Shown here: piece after piece, positions 40,851-55,639 of the stretch
Layout: the number at the start of each line of letters is the position of its first letter
Position numbering within the stretch: position 1 is the stretch's first letter
Assembly: GCA_951406725.2 (NCBI GenBank)
Contig: OX597816.1
Span: 88,164,001 to 88,228,000 of the forward strand
Direction: 5' to 3'
Length of the DNA: 64,000 bases
From: Octopus vulgaris
Taxonomy: Eukaryota
Program-made: the position numbers and the translations under genes
Notes under the pieces: generated by a model
What the model saw: the letters and a program-made list of their open reading frames with translations, nothing else
What the model was told of the DNA's origin: nothing
Databases searched by the model: none

Positions 40851-42516
40851 ATACGCTTACAGATTACGAAGGGAGAGAGTAAGAGATGCTATACAATGTA
40901 TTGAAGAACGAATTAAAAATATTAAACAACCACGCGTACACGCATACACAAATACACACATATAGATATTAACATCATTTTCCACTATCATATCTTCATT
41001 ACTTACATCCACCTTTTAACATATACACACTCATACACGCATACATGTATACATACAAATGAATACATAAACACATACATATTTGCATAGCAATAATGAA
41101 AAGTACAATGAAACACACAATAGTTAAAATCAGATATAGTTAAAGGAAATAAAACATGAAAGATTACTGTTTGAGCTATATTAGGGCAATCCCAAACCCT
41201 GTTCGAGTGCAGCCAAATGCACTTGTATACTTTTTTCTAGACATTTGGTGTTTGAAAGTACTAACATCTTGAAGGTATTCTCTTTTAAGTTCGATGTTAA
41301 TTTCTTAATTTAAATTTTACAATAATACTCTACCTTGTTTTTTATCGTCTGAGCTTAGTTTGTTTAGTGCTATTCTATTTTCTTTGGAAAATTCGTGTTA
41401 CAAGGTTGGAGTAATTTTATTTCTTAACTGGCTGATTTATTTTCGAAGAATGGTGAACTGTACTTCAGCTTTGCTCTTCTCTTTTTTTTGTTGTTTTTTT
41501 GTTATATTCCTGAAGTGTAATTCCATTGATATTTGAAAGAAATTGTAACCCTCACCACTATTTTTATTATTTTACCCTGAGTCAATTTTTGCTAAATTAA
41601 CAGGGTGCACCAACATAAAATATGTCAAACTTTCTCCTATTTTTACTGTTGATTATTTTAGGGAGTTATTGGAATTTTTCAGAATATATACTGGAAGAGA
41701 AGGCCTCTTACAATGTAGAGAAAAATCTTAAAAACTTCATCTGTAGACATGTAAAATAATCTTAGAGAAACATTTTTGACTAAATGTTTAATTGCAAAAC
41801 TACCGAATATATTTTTAAAACACACTGGACCATTCGGAATGTTTCGGGTAATAACAAGGAAATTTACAATAGAGATATTTGTTTTATAGCGACAGAAATA
41901 TCATATATTGGAAGAAATGATGTTTTTTTTCTTATCGAACTATTTTTTTGTTGTGAGTTTATATTTATGATTGTCACCAAATCAACGTTGCAGTTATAAA
42001 GAAAAACTTTTGATCACAGGTAATTTCTTTTCTTTCTTTTATCCTGGTTAAGTAAAGGGAATGTAACAGAATCTGTCTCATCAAGAGATTCACTAGTTTC
42101 CATACTGACGTCAAAAGCTAGTCTAAAATCATCAAAGTTGACTAATAGAATAGATTTCTGGCTAATAAAATTATGCCAATATCTGACTAGTCAATATGCG
42201 TAATTGATTTTGAAAAATCAATAGATTTGTTACATGTGTCAAGCTGATTGAATTTAGAATAATTTTTATGACGATAGATTTAAACAAGTCTATTAAAGCT
42301 TGGGTATTTCGCCCAAAGATTAAGTTGAGTCGCCTAGAAGATATAATCCTATCATATATCATTGTGTTATTATGACAATACCACATTAGGTTGCATCAAT
42401 ACGGTAAAAAGAAAGGTTTCAATTAAAATCTGTTCAATGATCACTAAATGTTTTGAGATCAGGGATTCCGTAGGGCCATTGCTTTGTAGTGTAGTTTATT
42501 TATTACTTACATACTA

Positions 42517-42590
<74 letters not shown>

Positions 42591-42628
42591 ATATATATAT
42601 AATATGTGACAATTATTCGGTACCCATG

Positions 42629-42687
42629 ATAAAACTCCGAGTTTCGAATATCGGGGCGGAAACCTACCCCAGCATCTCTTCAGTTAT
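42629..42687 (-). ncRNA. Type I hammerhead ribozyme, intact core, in a Penelope-like repeat (about 42600-42765)
   Basis: ATAA-CTGAAGA-GATGCTGGGG(TAGGTTTCCG)CCCCGATATTC-GAAA-CTCGGAG-TT-TTAT; near-palindromic stem III ACTCGGAGT. Confidence 0.7.
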
Positions 42688-42764
42688 GAACGGTATGCCA
42701 TGAAGGGTAACCATTGGGCCGGGGGGACTTCCAAGATATAGCCACCTCTCAGATCCTAACAGAT

Positions 42765-43528
42765 CATCTTCCATGATTAACAATTGGACGAATGCAGTCT
42801 GGGTCAAATGCTTCTTTTGGCTGTGTCCATACGCATACACGGCTGGTGGTCGGAAATAAGGTAAAGGATGACTCGTTCGAGAAAATAACATTCTTCCACT
42901 GCTCTAGGGACCAATTCTGTAGGATTTTACTCCACCCTAAACGCTTTGCAATCTTTTTTTTTTTAATGTAGTAGTTTTCTGATTGCAGCCCTCCCATGAA
43001 ACCCGGCTTTGTGCAGCTCCTAGCGAACAAGATTTGTGGAAAGTGGGTTCTCAGGGTGGTCATTAAGCTTTGCAGTAATTTTGGGAGCAATACTTTTGGG
43101 ATCCTTTCTAATAATTCCCGTAAGCATCCGAAGGTCCCTATCTGAAGGTTTTGGTTTCCTTCTAGGGTTTTGTTTCGACGAGGTCGTTCATCCCCCTTTT
43201 TCAAAAGCTGTCATTACTTTCGAGACTGCTCTTCTTGATGCACCAAACATTTCGGCCGTATTCGTTATGCTAGCGCCTGCCATACGAGCACCAACAATTT
43301 GACCTCTCTGAAAGTCCGATAGATCTGTCATATTAATGAATTTTAATTACCTTTTTCTGATGATATCTGAGAAAAAAACAAATAATTTAGCAAAACATAT
43401 CAAGCAACACTAATAATATACCAAAAGCATTAGAATAAACAAGATGTTCATGGTTTTATAGATATTTGAAAATTACGATGCTATGATGCTATGATGCTAG
43501 GTGTTTCCATTATTTCGTCAAACACCTG
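42765..43528 (-). mobile_element. Tc1-like (DD34E) transposon, 5' half
   Basis: TA-CAGGTGTTTGACGAAATAATGGAAACACC TIR; MTDLSDFQRGQIVGARMAGAS start at 43331; WKNVIFSNESSFTLF..VW..PKEAFDPDC. Confidence 0.9.
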
Positions 43529-43544
43529 TATATATGTGTGTGTG

Positions 43545-43732
43545 TGTCTGAGTGTGTGTCTGTGTTTGCCCCTACTCCCACCCCATCGCTTGAAACCGAT
43601 GTTGGTGTGTTTATGTCCCCGTAACTTAGCGGTTCTGCGAAAAGAACCGATCGAATAAGTCCCGGGTCGATTTGTTCGACTAAAGGCGGTGTTTCTGCAT
43701 GGCCGCAGTCAAATGACTGAATCAAATAAAGG
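43545..43732 (+). mobile_element. SINE family B, 3' half
   Basis: CCGATGTTGGTGTGTTTATGTCCCCGTAACTTAGCGGTTC...GGCCGCAGTCAAATGACTG. Confidence 0.85.
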
Positions 43733-43766
43733 AATATATATATACACATACATATATAGATATATT

Positions 43767-43826
<60 letters not shown>

Positions 43827-43951
43827 AATATGGATATAAATATAAATATATATATATATTTTTTTTTATTTTATAGAAGGAGCTTCTACAGGACTCTGCT
43901 ATGTATTGAGTACCTTATTCACTGTGGTTAACCCCGACTCAACCCGGGACC

Positions 43952-44013
<62 letters not shown>

Positions 44014-44044
44014 TCCTTATGTGTTCTAATGTACACGATATTTT

Positions 44045-44109
<65 letters not shown>

Positions 44110-44534
44110 TTATGTATATATATGATCCTGTGTTTGTAGTCCTGTCTCTTTAGGTTATTATACTTACTGAATATGTTTGTCTATGCGACTGTACACGAAA
44201 TGTGTCTGTTTTAGTAAAAATGATGGATTTGTCGTATTATTGGTTTAATATCTTTCTATAACCCACCCTAAACTCTTACAGCTTCACCCTTATGACTATG
44301 CTTTCCCCCTTACCAACATCGTCACCGTTAGTAACAACAACAACAATATTAGCTACAAACACAAACCATCACCGACGCAACAACAATCATATTATCAACA
44401 TAGAAGAAAATATCAAATTTGGCCACTACAAAATAAACATGTTGTCACCTCCTTCCTCATACAAACACAACTGCAAGCAATTAACTCAATAACCTTTAAC
44501 ATTTCTGCCATCAACTCCACCAACAAATAAATAT

Positions 44535-44590
<56 letters not shown>

Positions 44591-44679
44591 GAAGAAGAAG
44601 AAGAAGAAGAAGAAGAAGAAGAACAACAACAACAACAATAACAACAACACCACCAACAACAACAACAACAGCAATAATG

Positions 44680-45600
<921 letters not shown>

Positions 45601-45946
45601 ACAGCAACAACAACTGCAACTGAAGAGCAAATTACTATGAAGAGTAAACTGAATAATAAAGTAACAAAGTCTAACTAATCTTGTCTCAGTCGGTCAACGG
45701 AAATGGCAAACACCAACTTCCACCACTGTTCTTTCACTGTTATTTCATACCTCTATCCATCTTTCTTACCACCATTTTGAACATTTTCATTTCCATCATT
45801 ATCGACAACCTGAACAACAACAATGACAATAACAATAACAACAACAATAACAACGCTAACAACAACGTTAACAATAGAAAAACAAACACAACAGCAACAA
45901 CTATAACAAGCGATTACAATATAAAAAAAAACTGCAAGCCATTAAC

Positions 45947-46015
<69 letters not shown>

Positions 46016-46490
46016 GTATGTACGCATACACACGCACACATACGCACGGACAAACACAAACACAAATACAAACCCACACGTGTTGTTCTTTTCTTTTCAA
46101 CTTTGACCTTTATCATCATTCATCTCGCATTACAGCCATATTCACCACCATACCACAACTATATCTGCAACACCGTCACTCGCAATCGATATCGCCATCA
46201 TCACCATCTCCACCGGCATCCACAAAATTGTAACAAAATATAGCATTTGCTAGAAGCACAATGCAGAAGATGAGGGAAGCGAAAAATAGTAGCCAAATCA
46301 TTTTTTAAATCACACTCTACCGCCTGGCACAATGTAGGATACTTTGTTCCATGTAAACTTAGAATTAAGAAAGACCTCTTGGGCACGATTGGATTACTTC
46401 GATTATAGAACATCTCATTTAGAACTGACCAAGCCCAAGACAACAATACCACTGCAGCTTCATAAAGTTATTAATCTCTACATCTCTATA

Positions 46491-46702
46491 AGGCGGCGAA
46501 CTGACAGAAACGTTAGCGCGCCGGACGAAATGCTTTGCGGTGTTCCGTCTGTCTTTACGTTCTGAGTTCAAATTCCACCGAGCTCGACTTTGCCTTCTAT
46601 CCCTTCAGGGTCGATAAATTAAGTACCAGTTGCGTACTGTGGTCGATCTAATCAACTGGCCTCCTCCCCAAAAATTTCAGGCCTTGTGTAGATAGAAAAG
46701 AG
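46491..46702 (+). mobile_element. SINE family A, full length
   Basis: Same sequence as the reverse complement of 1-193, plus tail CCCCAAAAATTTCAGGCCTTGTG. Confidence 0.88.
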
Positions 46703-46909
46703 TATCTACATCTTTAGAGTGAAATATGAATCTCTACATGTAATAATCAAGAGCAACCACAAAAACTGCAATAACGAAGTACGAGGATATCAACAGGAAC
46801 ATGGACACAATCAGTATCACCTAATATAATAACGAGCGAAGCGTTATTATATGTTTGTATATATACATGCATATACATACATACATACATACATACATAC
46901 ATGCATACA

Positions 46910-47018
<109 letters not shown>

Positions 47019-47619
47019 CCAGAATTACGCTGAGCGGGGAGGAGGAGGAGAGAAAATAGTAATTCAGTGAAGGAGAAGTAGTGAGAGTAATAGCCCAGAC
47101 TGAAAGAGAGTAAGAGAAAGTAATAGCAATGAGAGAGAGAGGAAAGGGTGATTGATGAATAAGGAAGGAAGGAAGGGGTGAAAAAAATCAGCGTTTCAAC
47201 TCTGCGTGAGTATATGTGTATATGGGTGTGCGTGTACAAGGAAAACATGTGTGAGTATTATGAACCTTATTTATATATAAAATTAGTCAATTGTAAAATT
47301 CATCACAAACTAAATGAGTGTCCTTTGCTCGACTTGCCAGATTTGATAGACAAATCTTTAAAACAAAGTCTCAATTTCTAAATAAACGATTAAGTGCATT
47401 GTGGTAGTTAATATGTTTTGGGAGCTAATATACTTCAGAAGTTAATATGAAGCGAAAATGAATATAATGTTAAACCAGTATAATGGATCGATTTGAAGTA
47501 CATGTGTTGAACCTCGGTTTAACATAATAAAATTTAATAACGCGAGGGCCAGTCCAGAGTTATTACTCCACCGTTAAACATTATACACATTCTCTACAAT
47601 ATTTCCATTGTTGGTTTCA

Positions 47620-47810
47620 TATTTTTGCACAAGGCTAGCAATTTCAGGGTAGGGATTACCTCGATCCCAGTGTTCAACTGGTACTTACTTTATCGACCTC
47701 GAAAGACTGAAAAGCAAAGTCGATCTCGGCGGAATTTGAACTCAGATCGTTAAGACGGACGAAATGCTGCTTATTACTCTGCTCGGCATGTTAACAATTC
47801 TTCCATCATT
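47620..47810 (-). mobile_element. SINE family A
   Basis: GGTACTTACTTTATCGACCTCGAAAG...GGCGGAATTTGAACTCAG. Confidence 0.82.
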
Positions 47811-47883
47811 AATTGTGAAGCATATTATTGTTTCCTTTACTATTAAACTTTCACACAGCAGTCATTCTTAAGTATTTTCCACG

Positions 47884-47963
<80 letters not shown>

Positions 47964-47985
47964 ACTACTACTGCTGCTGCTGCTG

Positions 47986-48026
<41 letters not shown>

Positions 48027-48087
48027 GCTACTACTACTACTACTACTAGTACTATTACTACTCTCTTAGGCCAGGGATCTCATCACT

Positions 48088-48167
48088 GGCTATTGTTAGC
48101 TGCTACTAGTACCGTGCAAACTAGTGCTACCTGTTTCATGGTCGAGTAGCCGGCAACTAAAGTGGTT
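48088..48167 (+). ncRNA. HDV-like ribozyme fold, probably inactivated, at the 5' end of a ~290-bp insert in (TAC)n
   Basis: P1 GGCTATT/AGTAGCC, P2 AGTGCT/AGTGGT, P3 ACC/GGT with an 8-nt loop, then GG-CAA-C-TAA. L3 (TGTTTCAT) lacks the CC needed for P1.1. Confidence 0.5.
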
Positions 48168-48370
48168 CACCAACTTGAGTACTTGCAACACTTGTGAGGT
48201 GGGTAACTGGACACCCAGCAGAAATAGACACAAAACCTGTCAATGACCAGATGAGCTCCTTGTGGGCCAATGGGGTAATGCTAAGGCCTCACTCGATAGA
48301 ACTCACACTTAATCGGGAAAACTTTTGCTGTAGTGTCATCAACGCGCTGCAAAAGCTACTGCTGCTGCTG

Positions 48371-48418
<48 letters not shown>

Positions 48419-48584
48419 TCGTTTTTATATTTTATATCTATACTACATGTAAGAGAAATGACAAAAAAGATTTACAAAAGACGCAACATAAATGTAAATA
48501 TACGAACAAAAACGGAAAAGAATATTCGAATTTACAGGCAACTCAGTTGTAAATAAAAGATAGATACATCTAGATAAATCTATA

Positions 48585-49773
48585 CGAGATTTAAAACTCC
48601 ACATGGTGACGATGAAGGAGAGCTGTGAAATCTTGCATGCATTAATTTCAGTTCTTATTAATAACTGCATTGGTGCTTTCCAGGTAAACTGACAACTGGC
48701 TTGAAAATTGACAAAATTTGGCTTCACGATGTTATCAAACACCTGCAGGAAAAAGGTTTAGTTCCAAAGGATATTCGTACGGATATGGTTGCTACATTTG
48801 GAGATGACACTGCAGTCTTATCTGCAGTGAAAACAGCTGAATTTAGAAAAGGAAGAGTGTTGAAAATGACCCAACGTCTGGAAGTTCTTCAACTACCAAC
48901 ACTGAAGAAAATATTGATCCTGTTCACCAAATGTTGATGCGATTGACTATAAATGAAATAGCCAATTCTATTAGTATATCCCGTGAGAGAGTTGAACATA
49001 TCTGCACAACGAACTTGGCATGACGAATGTTTCTGCTCGGTGGGTGTCACGTCTTGTGACACCTGATCAAAAGCGCCCCAGGCCGATCACATAACGGCAA
49101 ATTCTAACATTGTTTGAGGCAGATCTAGCTGGTTTCTTTAAACGTTTCCTTACACTGGATGAGTGTTGCCTTCATCACTTTGAGCCAGAAACAAAGAGAT
49201 AATCCTTGCAGTTGAAACCCCCTCCTCACTTACTCCAAAGAAGGACATAGTAATTTTATCCGCTGGGAAGACGATGACCTCAGATTTTTGAGATGAATAT
49301 TGTTTATTAACTATTTTCAAAAGGGCTACACCATCATTGGAGAGAACAATACTAGTTGATGAGGCAGTTACCGAAGGCTATCAAGACCAAACGCCCAAGA
49401 AAACTGATGAACGGGGTCTTCTTTCATCAGGACAATGTTCCAGCTCACAAGTCATTGGTTTCAATGGCTGGTGTGCATGATTGTGACATTGAACTGGTTG
49501 ATCACCATCCCTATTCTCCTGATTTGACCCCCATCTGACTATCATCTGTTCCCAACATAAAAAATTAACACTTGGCTGGGAACTAGTATCGAAGTGATGA
49601 TGATGCCATATCTGCTGTTGATAAATTTTTTAACCAGCAGGGCGAAAAGTTCGTCACCAATGGGATTCAAGCACTGCAACACCGATTGAAGAAGTCAGTT
49701 GACCACAAGGGGTCTATGTAGAAAAATAAATCGCAATTGGCCACATTCGATGAAAGTATCTTGATCCCCCTCG
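48585..49773 (+). mobile_element. Mariner, same family as 12266-13505, transposase pseudogene
   Basis: KIDKIWLH, WVSRLVT, TLDEC, HQDNVPAH and YSPDL; ends CCCCCTCG-TA; TIRs partly deleted. Confidence 0.92.
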
Positions 49774-49834
49774 TAATGCTACAACGGACACAAACTCTTT
49801 CTTTTTCACACGCTACCTATGTTTCTTTCTATAT

Positions 49835-49870
49835 TTCTATTGATAAAGGACTAATGCCTGAAACGTGAAG
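49835..49870 (+). ncRNA. Highly degenerate hammerhead-like motif in a Penelope-like repeat
   Basis: TTGATAAAGGACTAATGCCTGAAACGTGAAG; downstream AGCGTTAAGCTGATA resembles the 8.4-kb and 61.4-kb family. Confidence 0.35.
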
Positions 49871-50191
49871 ACATTTTCCCTTTTCATTAAAGCGTTAAGC
49901 TGATATCTTACTTCTTAAACTTTGTCTCTGTTACGCTGTAATTTCTATTGTTCGTTTCATTTAGACTGAATACATGTATACACATTTATACATACGCACG
50001 TACACATCAGTGAATATCTGTATACACGTATGCACGCACGCACACACAGACACAGACTCAGACAGACAGACACACACATTGTATTTCGGCTTAACACATG
50101 ATCATTTTATTGACTGAAATTCATTTCGTTCTCTCAAAATTTACCTAATGGCTAATTTCTATTTTCTCACATTATCTAGACTTTTACTTAC

Positions 50192-50302
50192 CAATTGTAA
50201 AATATATTCTTTAATGTAAACATTTCTTTCGCCTCGTTTAAATCTTTTGATGTTGCACTCGAGCAACGAAAGACAAATGAAAAAAAATAGTATTTCATTT
50301 TG
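50192..50302 (-). other. Candidate exon (111 nt)
   Basis: Strong acceptor TTTTCTTTTTAG and donor TTG|GTAAGT; at least two frames are open. A 32-nt candidate exon lies upstream at 50679-50710 (TTTTCAG|...CTG|GTGAGT). Confidence 0.35.
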
Positions 50303-51935
50303 CTAAAAAGAAAAATCATCGGGGAAATCTAGTGGCATTTTAATTTAAGATTAAACCCCGGTACAGTTGATATAGCATAAAAACACTCAGCCAGCGGATT
50401 TGATTATGCTTTTTGTCGATCCCTAGATACTCCCCAGTTTGAAATAAACTAAACAAGTGAAAAACATTTTGCCATGGTTTTTTTTCTTATTCCACATTCG
50501 GCAAGTATATGCAAATTAGTGAAGAAAAATCATTTTTAAATTAACTCTATATTTAGTCTTAAAATATGAGTTCGGAGTTTCATATAGATATCAATGTAAT
50601 TTGTCAGGTAGACTGATCCAAATGTGGCTATGTATAACTTCCAATGTCTATTATAAATGGTCTGCTCATTGCACTCACCAGGAGTTTAATATGCGTACTT
50701 GAGAGTATTTCTGAAAAAAGTAGCTTTAGATGATTTGGCATATATAAAAGCCGAGTTAGACATCACCAATATATGTTGGTAAGCGACTAGAAAATCAGAA
50801 GAAATAGCCGTCCCAGTGTAGGTGGTGAATGGATATTTTTATTTTCATGCCTGTATCGGTGTCTGTCTGTCTATGAAATGGTTTCTGAATGAAAGCTCAA
50901 ATTTATATCAGACAAGTGTAAATGCTTTCAACTATACATGTGTCTATTATTCGTTAAATTGTATATATTGTTTTGCATAAATCTAAACCGAAAAACAATA
51001 ACATATCTAAACATATACAGACATTATATTTTGTATGTTGAATTATAAAAAGAATGGGCATTGAAGCGATTTCAGATATAATTTTTCCTTTCCGTTTCAC
51101 TTCAATTATGTCGCTGAAGCTCTTGGGGACGGTATGAAATCAACATTTTCCATTTACCTTTTATAAAAGCAATCTCAGATTTTGTGCCGGCATGTAAACA
51201 GTTACTTTTCATATAGAGTTAATTGATTTTCGATGGAAGTAAATTATCTTTTAACACACCTGGGAGAGGCATAAATGTCACGAATTCTCATATTCTATTA
51301 AGCAGAGAGTCTTAGACTTCATTCGTCTGTAAGTTAACTCTTTAAATTTGGGTATTTGCTTTAGTTTTTATATTAGTTACCTTTTATGTTAAGCTGCCAA
51401 TATCTTGAGAAGTGTCACGGCTCATTTCTTTAAAATCTTTCAGACTTTATATCTATAGAAAAAACACGCACTGCTCTTAATGCTAGTTTTAATACGAGAG
51501 AGAATGCATTATATTTCCATTCCAACAATAACCAACAACGCAATAAGAAAATATTTGAATGGCACTGGTTCCCATTTGTCATGTAATAATGTCACATATG
51601 ATACCTATCAAGGGGAAAAAAATATGTCTATTTACGATGGCTTCCATTCCTCGTGCTAGCCAGCTCATTCCGCCTACGTCAGTATTCATCTTAATAGTAG
51701 TATGAGCGTCATCGGATTGGCTACCTTTATGAATATGCACATACGTAGTTACATCCAGACATGCAAACATACGTATGCACGTACGTACATATATACATAC
51801 ATACATACACTCTCATATATTAATGTTTGTTTTTATGCCAGGTTATATATAAAACAAATTAACATTAAACTGAAGGGTTACTTGGACGTTTTATTAGAGT
51901 ACATATTTATTACCTTGTACAAGGAAAAAAGTTGG

Positions 51936-51977
51936 CAGTGACTTCGAAGTTTCAGATAACTTTCCTTCATAAGACTG
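51936..51977 (-). ncRNA. Minimal type I hammerhead motif (G5U core change) at the end of a Penelope-like repeat (to about 52450)
   Basis: CAGT-CTTATGA-A-GGA(AAGTTA)TCT-GAAA-CTTCGAAG-TC-ACTG; perfect stem I, palindromic stem III and a GUC triplet. Confidence 0.68.
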
Positions 51978-53961
51978 TGCTTTGTTACAGTTCTTTTTCT
52001 TTTTATATAGTCTCTGATAAAATGACTTTTTGGGTAGGTGGACCCATGTGACTGATTGGCAGCTTCAGAAGATGTAGTGGATGTAGACCGGGCAAATAGT
52101 TGTGTAAAGAGGAGGATAGAAGAAAAAGAATGTTTCTAGGATGTAGGTTAATAGAAAGCTATGATTAGAAGACTTATTGTGGGTTGACGTAGGAATTTTG
52201 TTACTCTTATGGTTCTGCTAGGAGTAGAAGTAAATATGTAAACAAATGTGTCAAATGTGTCTGTCTAGAAAGTTGGCTTTTCTTGTGTCTCATGGTTCGC
52301 AGAATAATATTTGAAGCTAAATCAGTTAGTCACAGAGCATAGAGCTGAATGAAGTTGAATCGGTCTTAGTGTTATTAGACATCTATTAAGAAACTTTGAA
52401 CAGATTATTGTGAGTAGGTTAGGATTGAGGAGACTGCTACTATAGTTATTAGTGTTTTCTAGTCTGTTTCTAGCGTAACTATTTGCGTTTATATTATTGT
52501 AGACAGATGCAGACACGTAACTGCTTGAAGTTGCGTATCCAAACACATGAATGAATAAAGATGTATTTCCCATAAGTATATCCATCCAAAAGGAGATATA
52601 TGTATAAACATTATATAAATATAACAATTTATATGCGCATCCATATACATTTTGTTTTGAACGTACACCTCTTTGTACTATCTTATACACACACATATAT
52701 TTGGATGCACCAGTAAAAATAGACCCCACTGATGTATATATAGGGATACGAACTCTTATGAGATTATGTTTATATATAAGCACATACACCCAGCCATATC
52801 CCCGCAAATTTGTATGTATATATATATATACTCTTTTACTCTTTTACTTGTCTCAGTCATTTGACTGTGGCCATGCTGGAGCACCGCCTTCATGCTGGAG
52901 CACAGTTGGTTAAATATATATACCCAAACATACATTCGTTTAAGCTTAGCAACCGTTTCCGTTTGTTTTCACTGTCCTGTTTTTGTCATCAATTTTGACC
53001 CTCCGCAAAATCCCAAATTATATTTAATTTGCTTTGCGGGAGCAACTATTTTATCGAAGGCGTACGTTGTCGTGAAATGCTCGAAATACGGATTAGAAAA
53101 ACAACCGACAGCTGATGAAGGGTCGTTCTTCGTGTTGTTTGTTTTTTTTTTCCATTTGTTTCTTCCATTGTTCGTAAAAAAAAGTTCATTTTCCATGTCC
53201 TCGTACTTGGTATTTTTTGTTGTTTACGTTTTGTATTGTCATGTGCCCACATATGTATATGTATGTACGCCTCTCTCTCTCTCTCTCTTTCTCTTTCTTT
53301 CTCTCTCTGAAGCAAATTACAGCAGTCAGCTAATAATACATATTCAAGATGATGGAGCTATTCATTACTTCTGTAGATACATTTAAAATGAAATCTGCTC
53401 CGTCATTGAGAGAGGGAGAGAGAGAGAGAGAAAGAGAGAGAGAGGTGCATAATCACTCTGCTCTTACAAATGTTTAGCTGAAGTAATTCAAAGTTATGTG
53501 CCTTACTCAAAAACATAACTCGCTGTCCAGTTCAGAAATCGAACCCATCATCTTGCTTTTGTGAGTCAATCAGTCTGACAACAAAGCTACGAACCTTTCG
53601 CAATGAAGGTCGCTAGACATAGTGATTAATAATCTAGAAAGGATGTTGCAGAAGATGCATAGGAGGCTATCAACTCCGAGTGGTTATCTTCTTCAGATCT
53701 ACTCCTAACCACAGGACCTTTAGGAAATGCAGCAAGAGTTAAAAGTTTCCTTGATGCTAAACCCACAGCAACAGCAGCATCTGTAGCAGACATACGTTAA
53801 ATAACATCGTGAAAATCCAGATAACGTGAAAAAACATTGAAACTATTCCTCGGGAATGTAACACCAAACAGACCTCGGCATGGTTTGAACATAGAACATA
53901 AAGCATCATATCTGAATGGCACAAAGTATTTCGTCCGCTACTCTAACGATCCTGCGCTGCA

Positions 53962-54010
<49 letters not shown>

Positions 54011-54022
54011 GCATCATCATGG

Positions 54023-54095
<73 letters not shown>

Positions 54096-55639
54096 GTTAG
54101 GGCATTGTTCAAAATGCCTTGCTATTTTTAAACACGGCTCTTTACATTCTGTGTTCAAAACCCTCCTGATAACCTTGCCTTTCATTCTTCCTAAGTCCAT
54201 AAAATAAAGCATTAATCAAATATGCTGTTCGATATAATCGAATGTTTTTCTCTCACCACAATTGTGGCCTTATGCCTATGTTAGAAAATATTACTATCAT
54301 TAAAACGATGGTGTAGTGTAGAATCAGTTGGATGTTGCCATATTTAGTTACGTTTTGAGTTTCAATTCCACGACAATCGATTTTGCCTTCAGTATTTCAG
54401 GTTCGGGTACACATGCATAGTTACTAAACAAATAGTGGAGATAAATTTATCGGCTGTATCCACTCCTCTTTATATAATACGCAGCCTTGTGCTTATACAA
54501 GGAATCATTATTCCTAGTAGTAATCGCATAATTTGGAGCTATACTGAATTTAGAATGAAAAGACAAAATAAAAAATTCATAAATACGTTAAATATATGTA
54601 AATATATGAAAAATCAAAACAGCAATTTGAATTTATAGTCAGCTTAGTTTTAAATAAAATATACGTCTCTGAATAAATCTATAAATGACAACCAAGAGAA
54701 TAACAAAAATGTGAAAAGAATGTATTTATTATTGGTAATTTCAAGCAAGTTTAACATAATATTGAATACGCCTACTGTTTTTGACATGCAGTGCTTACAT
54801 TTTAATTATTTGTTTGTATATTTTTTAAATATAAAAAAAAAATTATATGGTATTGTTGATTCGCTCGCCGCAGTTCGTATACATTGATAATAACGCTCAC
54901 GCACACACACGCACCGCACACACACACACACATACACACACACACACTCACACACATTGGAGTAGATGGATCTACGTCAGTTTAGATGATGTATATTCCA
55001 TTTGCTACATCTGTTGAACTGCCTGATCATTGAATTATTGTGTAAAATATTGAGTATAACACAGACATTGCGCATTTAATCCGAAAGTAGAATCAGTGAA
55101 ATATTGTATGGGCCTCTGAATTTACAGAAACAGTGCATCTGAAGAACTTCTACAGTTTCCGTCAATCCGGTTTCACTCCCAAAGGTTTAATCGACTCTAC
55201 GTGGCAAAACAAAAATGTCAAACAGTGCGATCGAACATGAATCCTCATGATTGCAAGGCGAACATGTTCAACCACCAGGCCATACCTGTAACAACGCACA
55301 CAGACACACACACGTACAGCGTGTACTCAGAGACCTTTAATTGACTGAAGCTTCAAAAGTGACTGAAAGGGCGAGAGTTTCGTTCAGTATACTTATCACA
55401 CACACAAACACATGCACATACAAATGTATATAGGAATTTTGATAGTTTCTACATTTATTAAGCCTTGATACGAAAGTGATAATCCATAATGTGCCATCAG
55501 TACTGAATCAATTGATAGTAGTGGTACAGTGGGATTATCACAGTAATGTGTTTCATTATCGCTCTTTCTTTTCGAGAATTATTTGGGATAAAATATAGTA
55601 TCTCAAGCATTCCTAACACCGGGCTCTCTCTAAAAAGCA

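Noticed and set aside
46735-46820. Hydrophobic transmembrane-like minus-strand reading (VILIVSMFLLISSYFVIAVFVVAL)
   Set aside because: GT-rich low-complexity DNA gives such peptides throughout this window; no independent support.
50740-50785. TATA box (TATATAAAAG) followed by a GTAAG donor on the plus strand
   Set aside because: Common in AT-rich DNA; no downstream plus-strand exons identified.
53050-53135. Hammerhead-like pieces (CTCGAAATACGG...CTGATGAAGG)
   Set aside because: I could not draw consistent stems I-III; probably a Penelope-like remnant but not a supportable ribozyme.
53668-53705. CTGAAGA...ACTCGGAGTT motif similar to the 42.6-kb hammerhead
   Set aside because: The GAAA segment and stem II are missing and stem I does not pair.
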